From: Candidatus Riflebacteria bacterium HGW-Riflebacteria-1
GTDB taxonomy: Bacteria; Muiribacteriota; Ozemobacteria; Ozemobacterales; Ozemobacteraceae
Assembly (NCBI GenBank): GCA_002839445.1
Contig: PGYB01000007.1
Coordinates: 110,558-174,557 of the forward strand
Length of the DNA stretch: 64,000 bases
Direction of reading: 5' to 3'
Position numbers and translations under genes: made by a program. Under the pieces are notes generated by a model that was given only the letters and a program-made list of their open reading frames with translations, had not been told where the DNA came from and searched no databases. Of the stretch, positions 47,064 to 57,235 are shown piece by piece (within the stretch, counting starts at the first letter, position 1; each line of letters opens with the position of its first letter).

Positions 47064-47264
47064 GTCTTCCCCCTGTTTGCTCGCCATTCTAGCGCATATC
47101 CCCAAAAATGTCACCAGAAACCAACCCGCGCGCCAGAATTTCCAGAATCCATAGATAACCCCATTTTTCCAGATGACTGGTCAGACTGTTTTTTTTGTTG
47201 GGCTGCAAAAAAACACCTGCTGTGCCGATAGATCTAAAAAAAGGTGTTTGTAGCAGGAGGCATT

Positions 47265-49133
47265 ATGTCCGGTCTATTGACTATTAAGCCGATTGTCGGG
47301 AAACCCGCCTATCCGGCATCTGCGCGCGGGCGCTGTCTGGCTGGCAGATTACTTGTTTGCGCATTCGTTTCAGCACTGGCAATCTCTCCGGCAGAAGCTG
47401 GCGCACTTGACTGGCTCACGCAGACAACTTCCCGCAACTCAAGAAGTGTTGCCCAGACAAAGCAGAAAAACCCACAGGTTGAAACCGTGCAGGTGCAAAC
47501 CGGCCAGGTCGACGAAAACAGGATTAAAGGCGGCAATCTCGATACCTTTAATTTCGCGTCATCGCACTGGACACAGTCACGCGCGCGTCTGGAAAAGGCG
47601 TGCCGCGCTATCAGCAGCCGCTACAATGATGCTGCCGCCCGTGACATTCTGCAGAAACTTTTTGTCATCGACACCCAGATTTATCGCGAGAACATTCGAA
47701 ATTCAGCTGCAGCAGTGAGTGAAATAAGAGATATCAATCAACGGGTGCGCCAGGGGCTGATCGCGATCAATCGTATCGTGACCGCGCCCGGGCAGGAAAC
47801 CCTCGATAACCTCGATAAAGCTATAGACGAAGTGCTGGCAGCCAATGTCAACCAGATGCTGCTCGTCAGAAAATATCTTACCGGTGTTGAGAAGACTGTT
47901 CAGATCGCGCAGACCTCTTATGAAACCCTCGAACTGATACCATCACTTTCGTTTCAGGCGCTGGACATGATGGTGCAGATGTCGAAACAGCTCATGCGCA
48001 TCGCGCAGTCGAACAGCGAAGCGATCAAAGGACTGCTGCTCAATGTGCAGAGCAGCAATGAGCAGGTAACCTCCGGCCTTGACAATATCAAGAAAACAGT
48101 TCGCGAAACCTTGCGTTTCTCAGATCATTTCGCGGTTAAGCAGTTTCCGTTGATTAATCTGCCAACGCCTTCGCGCGAAAAGATTTTTGTGCAGCTCAAC
48201 ACGCTTGGCAACTTTGTCAGAGGCGTTGACAATACTGTGCAGATTGGCGATTCACAGGTGCGCAATTCTGCGCAGCAGTTCACCCACATCATCACCGGGT
48301 TTATCTCGAAGGCTGCCGAAAGCCTCAAGTATTACAGCGCCGACAATCAGGAAAAGGCTCTCGAACAGATTTCGACCTACGCCCGCAATCAGGTCAGCGG
48401 CCTGTTTTTGCGCGCCAAAGAAGACATCAGTGCCATGCGCAGCGATATGGCAAAGGCTTCGCGCCCCAGCGCCGGCAATATGCCGCCCGCCGTTAAAATT
48501 GAAAGCAGCGATGAATACGCTTCGCGCCGAGCCAGATCGGCAAGCAGCGAAAAGCTGCCGCTGTTCCTGCTTGGCGGTGGCGCCGCGTCACAGGCGGGTC
48601 GCCAGACCTCGCCGGCGAATGAGCAGGTAATGACGGCCCGTGCCTCGCAGTTGGCACCTGCTGACAGCTTTTTACCACTCAAACCTGAAAATTCGCGCCG
48701 GTCATCGGCGAGACCCAGCTCCAGTCGCGCCCAGCCGCCGGCAGGTGCTACTGAACAGGTTCTCTATGATGAAAACATGAGCTTTACAGATAGTTCAGAC
48801 CTCATGCAGTCAGAAGTTAACATTCTCAGCAAAGAACTGGGCACTGACTTCTTTTTTGGCACTGGCGCAGCTGGCGGTGAAAACATCGCGAAGAGCCGCC
48901 TGATGGCCGAAAATGACGATTCAGCAGGTTTTGACGATGATACTGGCTCAGACAGCGAAGGCGACGCCGGGTTTGAAGAAGGCAGCATGCAGGTGAGTTA
49001 TGACAATCTCAACAGCTCTGGAGAGCCAGAAATAGAGCTGCTTAAATTCGATTCGGTTTCTTCGGGATCGTATTCTGATGATCTCATTCCCATGATGCGC
49101 TTCGACAGCGAGGCTCTCAGCTTCAACGATTGA
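47265..49133 (+). CDS. Secreted helical/coiled-coil hypothetical protein with acidic disordered tail
   Basis: AGGAGG RBS, signal-like SALAISPAEA, long amphipathic helices. Confidence 0.65.
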   Translation: MSGLLTIKPIVGKPAYPASARGRCLAGRLLVCAFVSALAISPAEAGALDWLTQTTSRNSRSVAQTKQKNPQVETVQVQTGQVDENRIKGGNLDTFNFASSHWTQSRARLEKACRAISSRYNDAAARDILQKLFVIDTQIYRENIRNSAAAVSEIRDINQRVRQGLIAINRIVTAPGQETLDNLDKAIDEVLAANVNQMLLVRKYLTGVEKTVQIAQTSYETLELIPSLSFQALDMMVQMSKQLMRIAQSNSEAIKGLLLNVQSSNEQVTSGLDNIKKTVRETLRFSDHFAVKQFPLINLPTPSREKIFVQLNTLGNFVRGVDNTVQIGDSQVRNSAQQFTHIITGFISKAAESLKYYSADNQEKALEQISTYARNQVSGLFLRAKEDISAMRSDMAKASRPSAGNMPPAVKIESSDEYASRRARSASSEKLPLFLLGGGAASQAGRQTSPANEQVMTARASQLAPADSFLPLKPENSRRSSARPSSSRAQPPAGATEQVLYDENMSFTDSSDLMQSEVNILSKELGTDFFFGTGAAGGENIAKSRLMAENDDSAGFDDDTGSDSEGDAGFEEGSMQVSYDNLNSSGEPEIELLKFDSVSSGSYSDDLIPMMRFDSEALSFND

Positions 49134-49195
49134 GCCGGGTTGAAACTCGCCAGGATTGCGTGTAGACTGCTCTAAATTAAACATTGGAGCAGCTT

Positions 49196-50182
49196 ATGAG
49201 TTTTCCTGTGCATCGGCCGCGGCGTCTGCGCATTGACAGTCGCCTGCGCGGTATGATCAGAGATGTCAGCCTTTTTGCCAAGAACCTGATTTACCCGCTT
49301 TTCGTCGTAGACGGTCTTGTTGAACCTCATGAAATCTCGGCTATGCCTGGACAGAATCACTGGCCGCTCGCGCGCATTCATGAACCAGTTGCTGACGCGA
49401 TGAACAAAGGCGTTGTTGCCTTTCTGCTGTTTGGGGTGCCGGCCAGCAAAGATGAGTGCGGCAGCCAGGCTTATGATGAGAACAGTATCGTTTGCAAGGC
49501 TTTGCGCCATATTCGCCAGCACTGCCCGCAGGCTTACCTGATTACCGACGTCTGTCTTTGCGCCTATACCGATCACGGCCATTGTGGTCTGGTCAAAGCT
49601 GATGGCGTCGTTGACAACGACAGTTCGATCGATTTGATCGCGCGCATGGCGCTGGCGCATGCCCAGGCCGGCGCTGACATGGTTGCACCTTCTGATATGA
49701 TGGATGGCCGGATTGCCGCGATAAGAACGCTTCTCGACAGTCATAATTTTGGCGATCTGCCAATCATGTCTTATTCGGCCAAATACGCTTCGGCCTTTTA
49801 CGGGCCGTTTCGCGAGGCTGCCGGTTCAGCGCCGGGCAAGGGCGACCGCAGCGGTTACCAGATGGATTATCGCTTTGCGCGTGATGCCATGCCGGAATTT
49901 GAGCTTGATCTCGAAGAAGGCGCCGATATTCTAATGATTAAGCCTGGTCTGGCCTATCTCGACATGGTCAAGCTGGCGCGTGACAGCTTTTCGTGCCCGA
50001 TTGCCGTTTATCAGGTTTCGGGCGAGTATTCAATGATCAAAGCTGCCGCCGAAAAGGGCTGGGTCAACGAGCGTGCCGTGGTGCTCGAAAGTCTTTGCGC
50101 CATGCGGCGAGCCGGGGCCGATCTGATTCTAAGCTATTTCGCGCCGCAGGTTGCGGAATGGCTCAAAGAGGAACAGGCCTGA
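49196..50182 (+). CDS. hemB: Porphobilinogen synthase
   Basis: RPRRLR, DVCLCAYTDHGHCG (Zn type), APSDMMDGR, YQVSGEY. Confidence 0.97.
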   Translation: MSFPVHRPRRLRIDSRLRGMIRDVSLFAKNLIYPLFVVDGLVEPHEISAMPGQNHWPLARIHEPVADAMNKGVVAFLLFGVPASKDECGSQAYDENSIVCKALRHIRQHCPQAYLITDVCLCAYTDHGHCGLVKADGVVDNDSSIDLIARMALAHAQAGADMVAPSDMMDGRIAAIRTLLDSHNFGDLPIMSYSAKYASAFYGPFREAAGSAPGKGDRSGYQMDYRFARDAMPEFELDLEEGADILMIKPGLAYLDMVKLARDSFSCPIAVYQVSGEYSMIKAAAEKGWVNERAVVLESLCAMRRAGADLILSYFAPQVAEWLKEEQA

Positions 50183-51243
50183 TGACTCATCCGCAACACC
50201 CGCATACCGCGCCGGGTTCAGACGCACAGCTGCTGCGAGTTCTTGCCTGGGAAAGCACGCGCGCCTGCACGCTTGCCTGCCCGCATTGCCGGGCATCAGC
50301 TGTAGATATGCGTGACCCTGATGAACTTACAACGGCTGAAGCGATGCAGATGCTTGAATCAGCAGCAGAGCTGGGCAAGTCGATCATAATTCTCAGCGGT
50401 GGCGAGCCGCTGCTGCGCGATGATCTCGAGCAGATAGCTGCCCGTGCCGCAGAGCTTGGGCATCGTCCGGTGGTATCGTGCAATGATGGGCGGTTGCTCA
50501 CCGATGCGCGCATTGCCAGCCTGGCCGCGGCCGGTATCAGGCATTTCAGTTTCAGCATGCATTCTGAGAAAGAGGCTGATCACGATCACTTTGTCCGGGT
50601 CGAGGGTGCTTACCGCGAGGCGTTGCTGGCTTTTGCGCGCATCAAAAAGCATGGGCTTTCTTTTCAGATAAACACTACGGTTCTGCCGGGCAATCATGAG
50701 CGTCTCGAAGCGATAAAGAACTGGGTTGTTTCGCTGGGTGCAGCGAGCTGGCATCTGTTTTTTATTGTTCCGATGGGACGCGCGGCCGCGGCCGGTTCTG
50801 AGGTCGATCTGAAACAGACGCAGATTGACGCGGTGCTCAGATATGTAGCAGCAGAATCTGACGACTGGCCTCTTCCCGTCAAGGTAACCTGCGCTCCGCA
50901 ATACGCGCAGATTCGCGCGGCTTTGGGAAAAGACCCCGGCAGTCGTGGTCGCAGCTGCATGGCTGGCAGCGGTTTTGTGTTTGTCAGCTGGCGCGGTGAT
51001 GTGAAGCCCTGTGGCTACTTTGATCTGGTTGTTGGAAATATTCGCAAGACGCCGCTGAGTCAGATTTATCGTGAAAGTGCTGAATTACGCGACATGCGGA
51101 CACCTGAGAAGTTCAGCGGGATTTGCGGTCAGTGCCGTTTTAACCGGGTTTGTGGCGGCTGCCGGGCACGTGCATACGCGGTAAATGGCAGTTTTCTCGC
51201 ATCTGACCCAAATTGCAACTATTCTGCTGGTCAAGATCGTTAA
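50182..51243 (+). CDS. ahbD: Radical SAM/SPASM protein, AhbD/NirJ2-like heme b synthase
   Basis: AWESTRACTLACPHCRASA, KVTCAPQY, C-terminal CGQC..RVCGGCRARA; heme operon context. Confidence 0.7.
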   Translation: MTHPQHPHTAPGSDAQLLRVLAWESTRACTLACPHCRASAVDMRDPDELTTAEAMQMLESAAELGKSIIILSGGEPLLRDDLEQIAARAAELGHRPVVSCNDGRLLTDARIASLAAAGIRHFSFSMHSEKEADHDHFVRVEGAYREALLAFARIKKHGLSFQINTTVLPGNHERLEAIKNWVVSLGAASWHLFFIVPMGRAAAAGSEVDLKQTQIDAVLRYVAAESDDWPLPVKVTCAPQYAQIRAALGKDPGSRGRSCMAGSGFVFVSWRGDVKPCGYFDLVVGNIRKTPLSQIYRESAELRDMRTPEKFSGICGQCRFNRVCGGCRARAYAVNGSFLASDPNCNYSAGQDR

Positions 51244-51321
51244 ATCGCGGTATCATCTGTACACTCCCCAGACTTGTGACAGTACTGGTTCAATTGATTG
51301 ATCAAGCAAAGGACACACCTG

Positions 51322-51765
51322 ATGGACGAAAAAGATCGTGAAATACTGCAAATGCTTCAGGGCTCTTTTCCGCTCGACTCTGAGCCATACCGGGTAATCG
51401 GTGACAAGCTGTGGCTCGACGAGGTTTCGGTGATTTCAAGAATCGCGCGCATGATCGAGAGCGGCGCTATTCGTTATCTTGGGCCGTTTTTTGACAGTCG
51501 AAAGCTTGGCTACAATGGTTGCCTGGCTGCCATGCAGGTAGCGCCTGAACAGATTGAGTCGGCTGCCGCTGCCATGGATCAGTTTTCCGAAATAACCCAT
51601 AACTATCTGCGTGATGGCAAGCCAAATATCTGGTTTACTGTTATCGCCCCGAGCCTGGCGCGCCGCGATGAAATATTCGCGTCGATAAAAAAGGCTACTG
51701 GCGTTGATGAAATTATGATTTTTCCGTCAAAGAAATTTTTCAAAGTAAAAGTAGATCTGGACTAG
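51322..51765 (+). CDS. ahbA: Siroheme decarboxylase alpha subunit
   Basis: LQGSFPLDSEPY, FDSRKLGY, THNYLR, NIWFT. Confidence 0.85.
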   Translation: MDEKDREILQMLQGSFPLDSEPYRVIGDKLWLDEVSVISRIARMIESGAIRYLGPFFDSRKLGYNGCLAAMQVAPEQIESAAAAMDQFSEITHNYLRDGKPNIWFTVIAPSLARRDEIFASIKKATGVDEIMIFPSKKFFKVKVDLD

Positions 51766-51771
51766 GAGCAG

Positions 51772-52251
51772 GTGATGGACACAAAAACCCGACAGGTGTT
51801 GTCTGAACTGCAGGATGGTTTTAAACTCGAAACCCGACCATTCAAGCGCATCGCCAACCAGGTTGGCTGCAGCGAAGAAGAAGTGCTCGAAATAATCAAA
51901 CGCAGCCGTGAAGAAGGTTTGATTCGTCGCATTGGCGCCGCTGTCAGGCCCGGCCATCTTGGTCATACCGCTAATGCTCTTGTTGTCTGGCAGGTTGCCG
52001 AAGAACGTATCGAAGAAGTTGGCACTGCGCTCGCCGAGATGCGTGAAATTTCACATTGCTATGAACGCGAGTGCCCTCCGAACTGGCCATATAACCTGTT
52101 TACCATGATTCATGCGCGCAGCGAAGAAGAACTTGACCAGCTTATCGCCGATATTTTTCAGCGGTTCTCTCTTGGTCAATACAAGGTTTTGCGCACGGTC
52201 AAAGAACTTAAAAAGACTTCGATGCGTTATTTCGAGGATGCCGCCAAATGA
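51772..52251 (+). CDS. ahbB: Siroheme decarboxylase beta subunit
   Basis: ANALVVW, SHCYER, WPYNLFTMIH, ELKKTSMRY. Confidence 0.88.
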   Translation: MMDTKTRQVLSELQDGFKLETRPFKRIANQVGCSEEEVLEIIKRSREEGLIRRIGAAVRPGHLGHTANALVVWQVAEERIEEVGTALAEMREISHCYERECPPNWPYNLFTMIHARSEEELDQLIADIFQRFSLGQYKVLRTVKELKKTSMRYFEDAAK

Positions 52252-53534
52252 ACGCTGCGGCACTTAAAGCTGCTCTGCAGGTTTTTCCGGGCGGCGTAAA
52301 CAGCCCGGTGCGCGCTTTCAAGTCGGTCGGTGGCAGTCCGCTGTTTATCAAGAAAGCTTTCGGCAGTCGTATTTTTGATGTCGAAGGCCGCGAATACATT
52401 GATTATGTGGGTTCATGGGGGCCGATGATACTCGGCCATGCCGATGCCGATGTTATTGCAGCTGTCTGCCATGCCGCCGCCTCTGGCTTGAGCTTTGGCG
52501 CTCCTACTGAGGCTGAAACTGAACTGGCACTGCTGGTGCGTGAAGCTTTTCCGGTAATCGAAAAGATGCGCCTGGTAAGTTCTGGAACCGAAGCCACCAT
52601 GTCAGCAATACGCCTGGCTCGCGGTTTCACCGGCCGGCCGCTGCTTGTGAAATTTGACGGGGCCTATCACGGACACGCAGATTCTCTGCTGGTTTCAGCC
52701 GGTTCGGGAGTAGCAACTCTTGCCATACCCGGTTGCCCGGGCATACCCGACAGCATTGCTGCCAGTACGCTGGTATTGCCTTTTAATGATTTGGCGGCTC
52801 TGAAAGCCTGTTTTGAGCGCCACGCCGGCAAAATCGCCGGTCTCATCATTGAGCCGGTCTGTGGCAATATTGGCGTGGTCAACCCGTCTGAGGGCTATCT
52901 GCAGAATATACGCAAGCTGTGCTCTGAGCATGGCGTGCTGCTTATCTTTGACGAAGTAATGACCGGTTTCAGGGGCTGTTTTGGCGGCGTAAGCCGTATC
53001 AGCGATGTAACTCCTGATCTTACCTGCCTTGGCAAGATCGTTGGCGGCGGCATGCCGCTGGCTGTTTATGGCGGGCGCGCCGATATCATGGCGCATATCG
53101 CACCAGACGGCCCGGTCTACCAGGCCGGAACCCTCTCCGGCAACCCGGTTGCCGTGGCGGCCGGTATAGCCACCCTGAAGAAAATCAAGTTGCAGCCACA
53201 TTTTTACGAGCATCTGCTGGCCCGCTCGGCCAAGCTTGAGGCCGGTATAACCGCGGCTGCCGCGGCGGCAGGCTTTAAGGTCGTCACCAATCTCTTTGGT
53301 TCGATGTTTACCATGTTTTTTACCGACCAGCCGGTTGTTGATTACCAGTCAGCAAAGACCGCCGACACCGCACTTTTTGCGCGCTGGTTCAGAGGCATGC
53401 TCGCTGAGGGCATCTATCTTGCGCCTTCGCAGTTCGAAGCCGCCTTCGTTTCGGCCGCCCACAGCGACGCCGACATCCATCAGACAATAGTAGCCGCTAC
53501 CCACGTCTTCAAAAAGCTCGCCGCTGAAAAGTAA
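52248..53534 (+). CDS. hemL: Glutamate-1-semialdehyde 2,1-aminomutase
   Basis: PGGVNSPVRAF, SGTEATMSA, FDEVMTGFR, GKIVGGG. Confidence 0.97.
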   Translation: MNAAALKAALQVFPGGVNSPVRAFKSVGGSPLFIKKAFGSRIFDVEGREYIDYVGSWGPMILGHADADVIAAVCHAAASGLSFGAPTEAETELALLVREAFPVIEKMRLVSSGTEATMSAIRLARGFTGRPLLVKFDGAYHGHADSLLVSAGSGVATLAIPGCPGIPDSIAASTLVLPFNDLAALKACFERHAGKIAGLIIEPVCGNIGVVNPSEGYLQNIRKLCSEHGVLLIFDEVMTGFRGCFGGVSRISDVTPDLTCLGKIVGGGMPLAVYGGRADIMAHIAPDGPVYQAGTLSGNPVAVAAGIATLKKIKLQPHFYEHLLARSAKLEAGITAAAAAAGFKVVTNLFGSMFTMFFTDQPVVDYQSAKTADTALFARWFRGMLAEGIYLAPSQFEAAFVSAAHSDADIHQTIVAATHVFKKLAAEK

Positions 53535-53624
53535 AGGCCTTATCCACAGATGCCTCCGATTGGCGCAGATTATGGGATGCTGATAGTGTAATAGCTAATA
53601 GATAGCCTCAGCAATCAGCTAAAT

Positions 53625-53660
53625 AAAAACCCGGGCAGTCGCATGGCGACTGCCCGGGTT
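53625..53660. terminator. Strong hairpin between convergent genes
   Basis: AACCCGGGCAGTCGC...GCGACTGCCCGGGTT. Confidence 0.8.
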
Positions 53661-53675
53661 CTGTTATGCTTACTG

Positions 53676-54527
53676 CTAGTTTTTGGGTTTGATTTTGATC
53701 GGATTGGTTCTGATGGAGTAGCGCAGTGGCTTGTTGTTGTATTCTTCAACTCTGGTGCGAATATTGTCGGGTGTCGAAGTATCGCGCCGGTAAATAACTT
53801 CCCGATATCTTGACAGGACTGCGTTTACGTCATCCTTTAGCGCAAGGGAGTGGATGCCAAGCTTGACAGTGTTACCACCTGTTACTTTATAGACAAATTC
53901 AGTTGCTGTTGCCGCGAGAGTCTGGTTATAGGCAGGGTCGATAACTTCTTCCGCGCCCAGCCTAAGAAGTATTGTATTAGATGCCTTCTGATTGTTCTCA
54001 TAAATATCGAAATCGTCTTGTTGTATACCACCATCAATATAAACAGATTTGTTAAAAGAGAAGAAAAGCAGGTCGTCGGTATCTATGGCACGATTATTGT
54101 TAATATCACGCCATTCAATTCCCTTTAGAGCAACATCCTTCACGTAATAGTCGCGGATGTCATCATCATCAGTATTTGAATTCGGCCCTTCACTGTAGAC
54201 AAAGCAGGCGTATGGATCGAGTTTGTAGTTTTTACCCCAGGGGTCGACCGGAATATAGGTCAGGTAGCGACCCATCAGACCATTAAAGTCATTTTCGCCA
54301 AGCATTGGTAACGACGTTGTGCCGGTCCCCAATATTCCAAGGTAGGGCTGGTCTTCCTGGGAATTATAAAGAATAATTGCCTGTTTGAGAACGTCGAGGT
54401 CTTGAAGGGCCTTGGCGCGCTTGCTTTCTTTTACATAGTCAGCATAGTAAGGTGCCGCGACACCGACAAGGATGGCGATGATGGCAACAACCACCAGTAA
54501 TTCAATTAGAGAGAAACCGCGTTTCAT
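53676..54527 (-). CDS. GspG/PulG-like pseudopilin with C-terminal extension
   Basis: MKRG|FSLIELLVVVAII, PVDPWGKNY, SEGPN...DDDI. Confidence 0.85.
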   Translation of the reverse strand: MKRGFSLIELLVVVAIIAILVGVAAPYYADYVKESKRAKALQDLDVLKQAIILYNSQEDQPYLGILGTGTTSLPMLGENDFNGLMGRYLTYIPVDPWGKNYKLDPYACFVYSEGPNSNTDDDDIRDYYVKDVALKGIEWRDINNNRAIDTDDLLFFSFNKSVYIDGGIQQDDFDIYENNQKASNTILLRLGAEEVIDPAYNQTLAATATEFVYKVTGGNTVKLGIHSLALKDDVNAVLSRYREVIYRRDTSTPDNIRTRVEEYNNKPLRYSIRTNPIKIKPKN

Positions 54528-54651
54528 ATCGGGCACTCCTTCAAGAGGTTTGCAGGAATTACAGATTCCAATTCAGACCTTATATCGACAACATAAAGAC
54601 ATAATATTATCTAAAATATCAGCTAAATCAAGGTATTTTGCTATTATTCCT

Positions 54652-54711
54652 TCGTAATCGTAATCGTAATCGTAATCGTAATCGTAATCGTAATCGTAAT
54701 CGTAATCGTAA
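54652..54711. repeat. Perfect hexanucleotide microsatellite (TCGTAA)x10
   Basis: Directly visible. Confidence 0.97.
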
Positions 54712-54722
54712 CTACCATACCT

Positions 54723-54806
54723 GTCACTGCGAGGAGACCCTGGTCGCCGAAGCAGTCTCATGGTTCAGTGAGATTGCCCCGGCATCTTTCGATGCATCGC
54801 GGTAAC
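54723..54806. repeat. Palindromic REP/RPE-like element (GTCAYTGCGAGG...GAGATTGC type)
   Basis: Outer stem GTCACTGCGA/TCGCGGTAAC, inner stem GCAGTCTCA/TGAGATTGC. Confidence 0.6.
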
Positions 54807-54808
54807 CG

Positions 54809-56608
54809 TTATTTGCCGCGCAGCTTGTCGCGTTTGTATGCAGCCTCTGAAGCCGTATAAAAACCAAGCCGGCGCATTGTGGCAACACATTTTAATGCTT
54901 CCTCTGTTCTGCCGCGTTCGGCGTAAAAATCCAGCAGCCCTTCGTTGATTTTTCGATCTTTTTTAAACTCTTTGCGAGTCAGAAGAACATAAAAGGCGAC
55001 TTCTTTAAGACGGTCATGCTCGCCGTTAAAAGCAAGGTTTAACAGGTTGTCGTCAGCAGTTCGCGAATCTTTGAAAGGCAGAGCCATGAAGGCGATGTTC
55101 ATCATGTCACTGTCGCCAGCAGTCGGAGTTTTTGACGACAGAGCTTCCCGCGTGACCCGCGAGTTCCTATTGCGGTCAAGACGATAAACTTTGATGTTGG
55201 TACTGAGTTTCCAGCCAAACAGCGTGTAGTTATCGAGTTCAAGACGATGTTTCAAATCTTTCTCGATCAACTTCTTATTGTAGGCCGTGGTTGGGTTAAT
55301 CTTGTTGTATTCTCTGAACCAGTGCAGGGCCTGGTCGTAATAACCACGCTCCTTATAATAGTCCATCAGGCCTTGAATCGCCACCGGATCTTTTTTGTTG
55401 ATGCTGAGCATCGTATAGTAAGTATCCTCAATGTCGGCATCGGTATTTTGCGATTCTTTCAGCTTGTTCTCAAGTTTGTGCGTTTCCAGTTTTTTCATCT
55501 CTTTCTCGATCTCTTCTATTTCCAAACGCGCCTGATCACCATATTTGGGGTCGCGACGCAGCATGTCGAGAAAATTCCTGGCGTTATCAAAATCTTCGTT
55601 CTTAATGTAGATTTCGGCAGAGCGCATGATGCCTTCAGAAAAGTTCTTGTTTGTGTTGTATGCCTGCAGATAAGCTTTAATTGCCTCTTCGTCCTTTCCG
55701 GTGTCTTCATAAAGCCGTGCCAGCTCAAAATAGCCGGTCGCAGGATCGGCGTTTTTGCGGATTTCTTTTTTGTATTCCGCTATCGCCGACTCGATTTTGC
55801 CGCTCTTATCAAGATTGCGCGCGAGATCGTAACCGATGAGTTCCTTGATTTCCGGGACTCCTCGTCCGAGCTTGCGGGCCAGCTCATAATGTTCAGCCGC
55901 CTTGTCAGAATATTTTGCACTTTCATAGGCTTTGGCCAACAGCCAGTGCGTTTCTGCATGCTTCTGGTCAAACAACAGTGCCTGCTCGAGAACTTCGATG
56001 GCTTCCTTTGTTGAACCTAGATCTATCATTACCGAACCAAGTCCACGAAGGATCTCTGGGTTGTCGGGCAGCACCTGGCGCGCCTTATATAGCATATCGT
56101 GTGCTTCCTTGAGATTGCCATTCTCAAACTCGGCCATGCCAAGCCGCGCCAATGCCTTGCCGTTGCCTGGTTCAAGCGCCAGGGCACTTTCATAGTGCTC
56201 TATCGCATCATCTGATTTATTGCGCGCGTCAAGCAATTCACCCATGCGCACATGAATATCCGCCGATTTCGGGAAACCGAGCAGCGCAGTCTCGAAGTGG
56301 CGCAGGGCCTGGGCGGGCGAACCTTCCTGCGAAATCATTATGCCAAGATAATAATGCGCCATGAATTCTTCAGGAGCCTTGCGGGCAATGGCTCTGAGCG
56401 ACTTGATGACCTCAGCCTTCTCTTTTTTGTTGCCAACCTGGAAATCGCGCCAGGCTTTGTCGTAAACCGCTTCCGAAATCTGTAGCGGCTCTTTTGCCAG
56501 TGGTATTTTCTTTTTGCGAACGACCGCCGACAGGTCTTGAGTCGGTATAATGCAGCAGAGCGCGATGCATGCGAACAGCAATTTCCAAAGTCTGGTCCGT
56601 GTTTTCAT
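54809..56608 (-). CDS. Secreted multi-TPR protein
   Basis: Signal peptide and many TPR units (AHYYLG, ALARLG, THWLLA). Confidence 0.85.
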   Translation of the reverse strand: MKTRTRLWKLLFACIALCCIIPTQDLSAVVRKKKIPLAKEPLQISEAVYDKAWRDFQVGNKKEKAEVIKSLRAIARKAPEEFMAHYYLGIMISQEGSPAQALRHFETALLGFPKSADIHVRMGELLDARNKSDDAIEHYESALALEPGNGKALARLGMAEFENGNLKEAHDMLYKARQVLPDNPEILRGLGSVMIDLGSTKEAIEVLEQALLFDQKHAETHWLLAKAYESAKYSDKAAEHYELARKLGRGVPEIKELIGYDLARNLDKSGKIESAIAEYKKEIRKNADPATGYFELARLYEDTGKDEEAIKAYLQAYNTNKNFSEGIMRSAEIYIKNEDFDNARNFLDMLRRDPKYGDQARLEIEEIEKEMKKLETHKLENKLKESQNTDADIEDTYYTMLSINKKDPVAIQGLMDYYKERGYYDQALHWFREYNKINPTTAYNKKLIEKDLKHRLELDNYTLFGWKLSTNIKVYRLDRNRNSRVTREALSSKTPTAGDSDMMNIAFMALPFKDSRTADDNLLNLAFNGEHDRLKEVAFYVLLTRKEFKKDRKINEGLLDFYAERGRTEEALKCVATMRRLGFYTASEAAYKRDKLRGK

Positions 56609-56765
56609 AAGCTCTCCTTCAGCTGTCATGGCATATAAAACCGGCAAATTACAAATGCCGGCAATGCCAGAACAAGTATTCGCAGATATTCAGGCTACAG
56701 GCTAAAAGTTAACACGCCTTTCCTGCGAATGCAAAGAAAGGCGTGAAAAAGAGGCAAAGAATTGA

Positions 56766-57218
56766 TTAGAGTACGGCCGGCCCCTTTATCAGGACCATCA
56801 TGCCTGAAATCACCGAATAGAGAGCAACAACGAGGCTGAAGTAAAACAGATAAAAGTGGAAACGCCTGAGGTTCTCCTGCGCTTTCTGCTTGATTGGCCG
56901 CTTAACCGACTTGCCGACAAAGATGTTGGCTATCAGCAGACCAAGAAATATCGCGCCGGCAAAACCATGCCCGTAGGTGCGCAGAAAGATTTCCTTAACC
57001 TGCAGAAACTTTACCAGACCGATAATGCCACCCAGCAGGCCGACAAATACCAGCGCGGTGATAAGCGTGCCGAGTTTCTGGTGCTGTTGCATCAGAAGGG
57101 CGTGCTGATCAGCTTCTGGAGACTTGAGGTTGACGGCGAGGGCCTTTTTGCCGAGGCGGTGAATGTGAATCACTGCGGCAAACAGAACCAGCATGAACAG
57201 CGGGTGAAGATACTGCAT
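56766..57218 (-). CDS. DUF4079-like membrane protein
   Basis: LHPLFML, QHQKLG, HG and FH His-bearing TM helices. Confidence 0.6.
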   Translation of the reverse strand: MQYLHPLFMLVLFAAVIHIHRLGKKALAVNLKSPEADQHALLMQQHQKLGTLITALVFVGLLGGIIGLVKFLQVKEIFLRTYGHGFAGAIFLGLLIANIFVGKSVKRPIKQKAQENLRRFHFYLFYFSLVVALYSVISGMMVLIKGPAVL

Positions 57219-57235
57219 AGCTTTTACTTCCTGCC

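Noticed and set aside
54573..54761. 62-aa ORF with a YDYDYD run
   Set aside because: Translation artefact of the (TCGTAA)n tract and the adjacent palindrome
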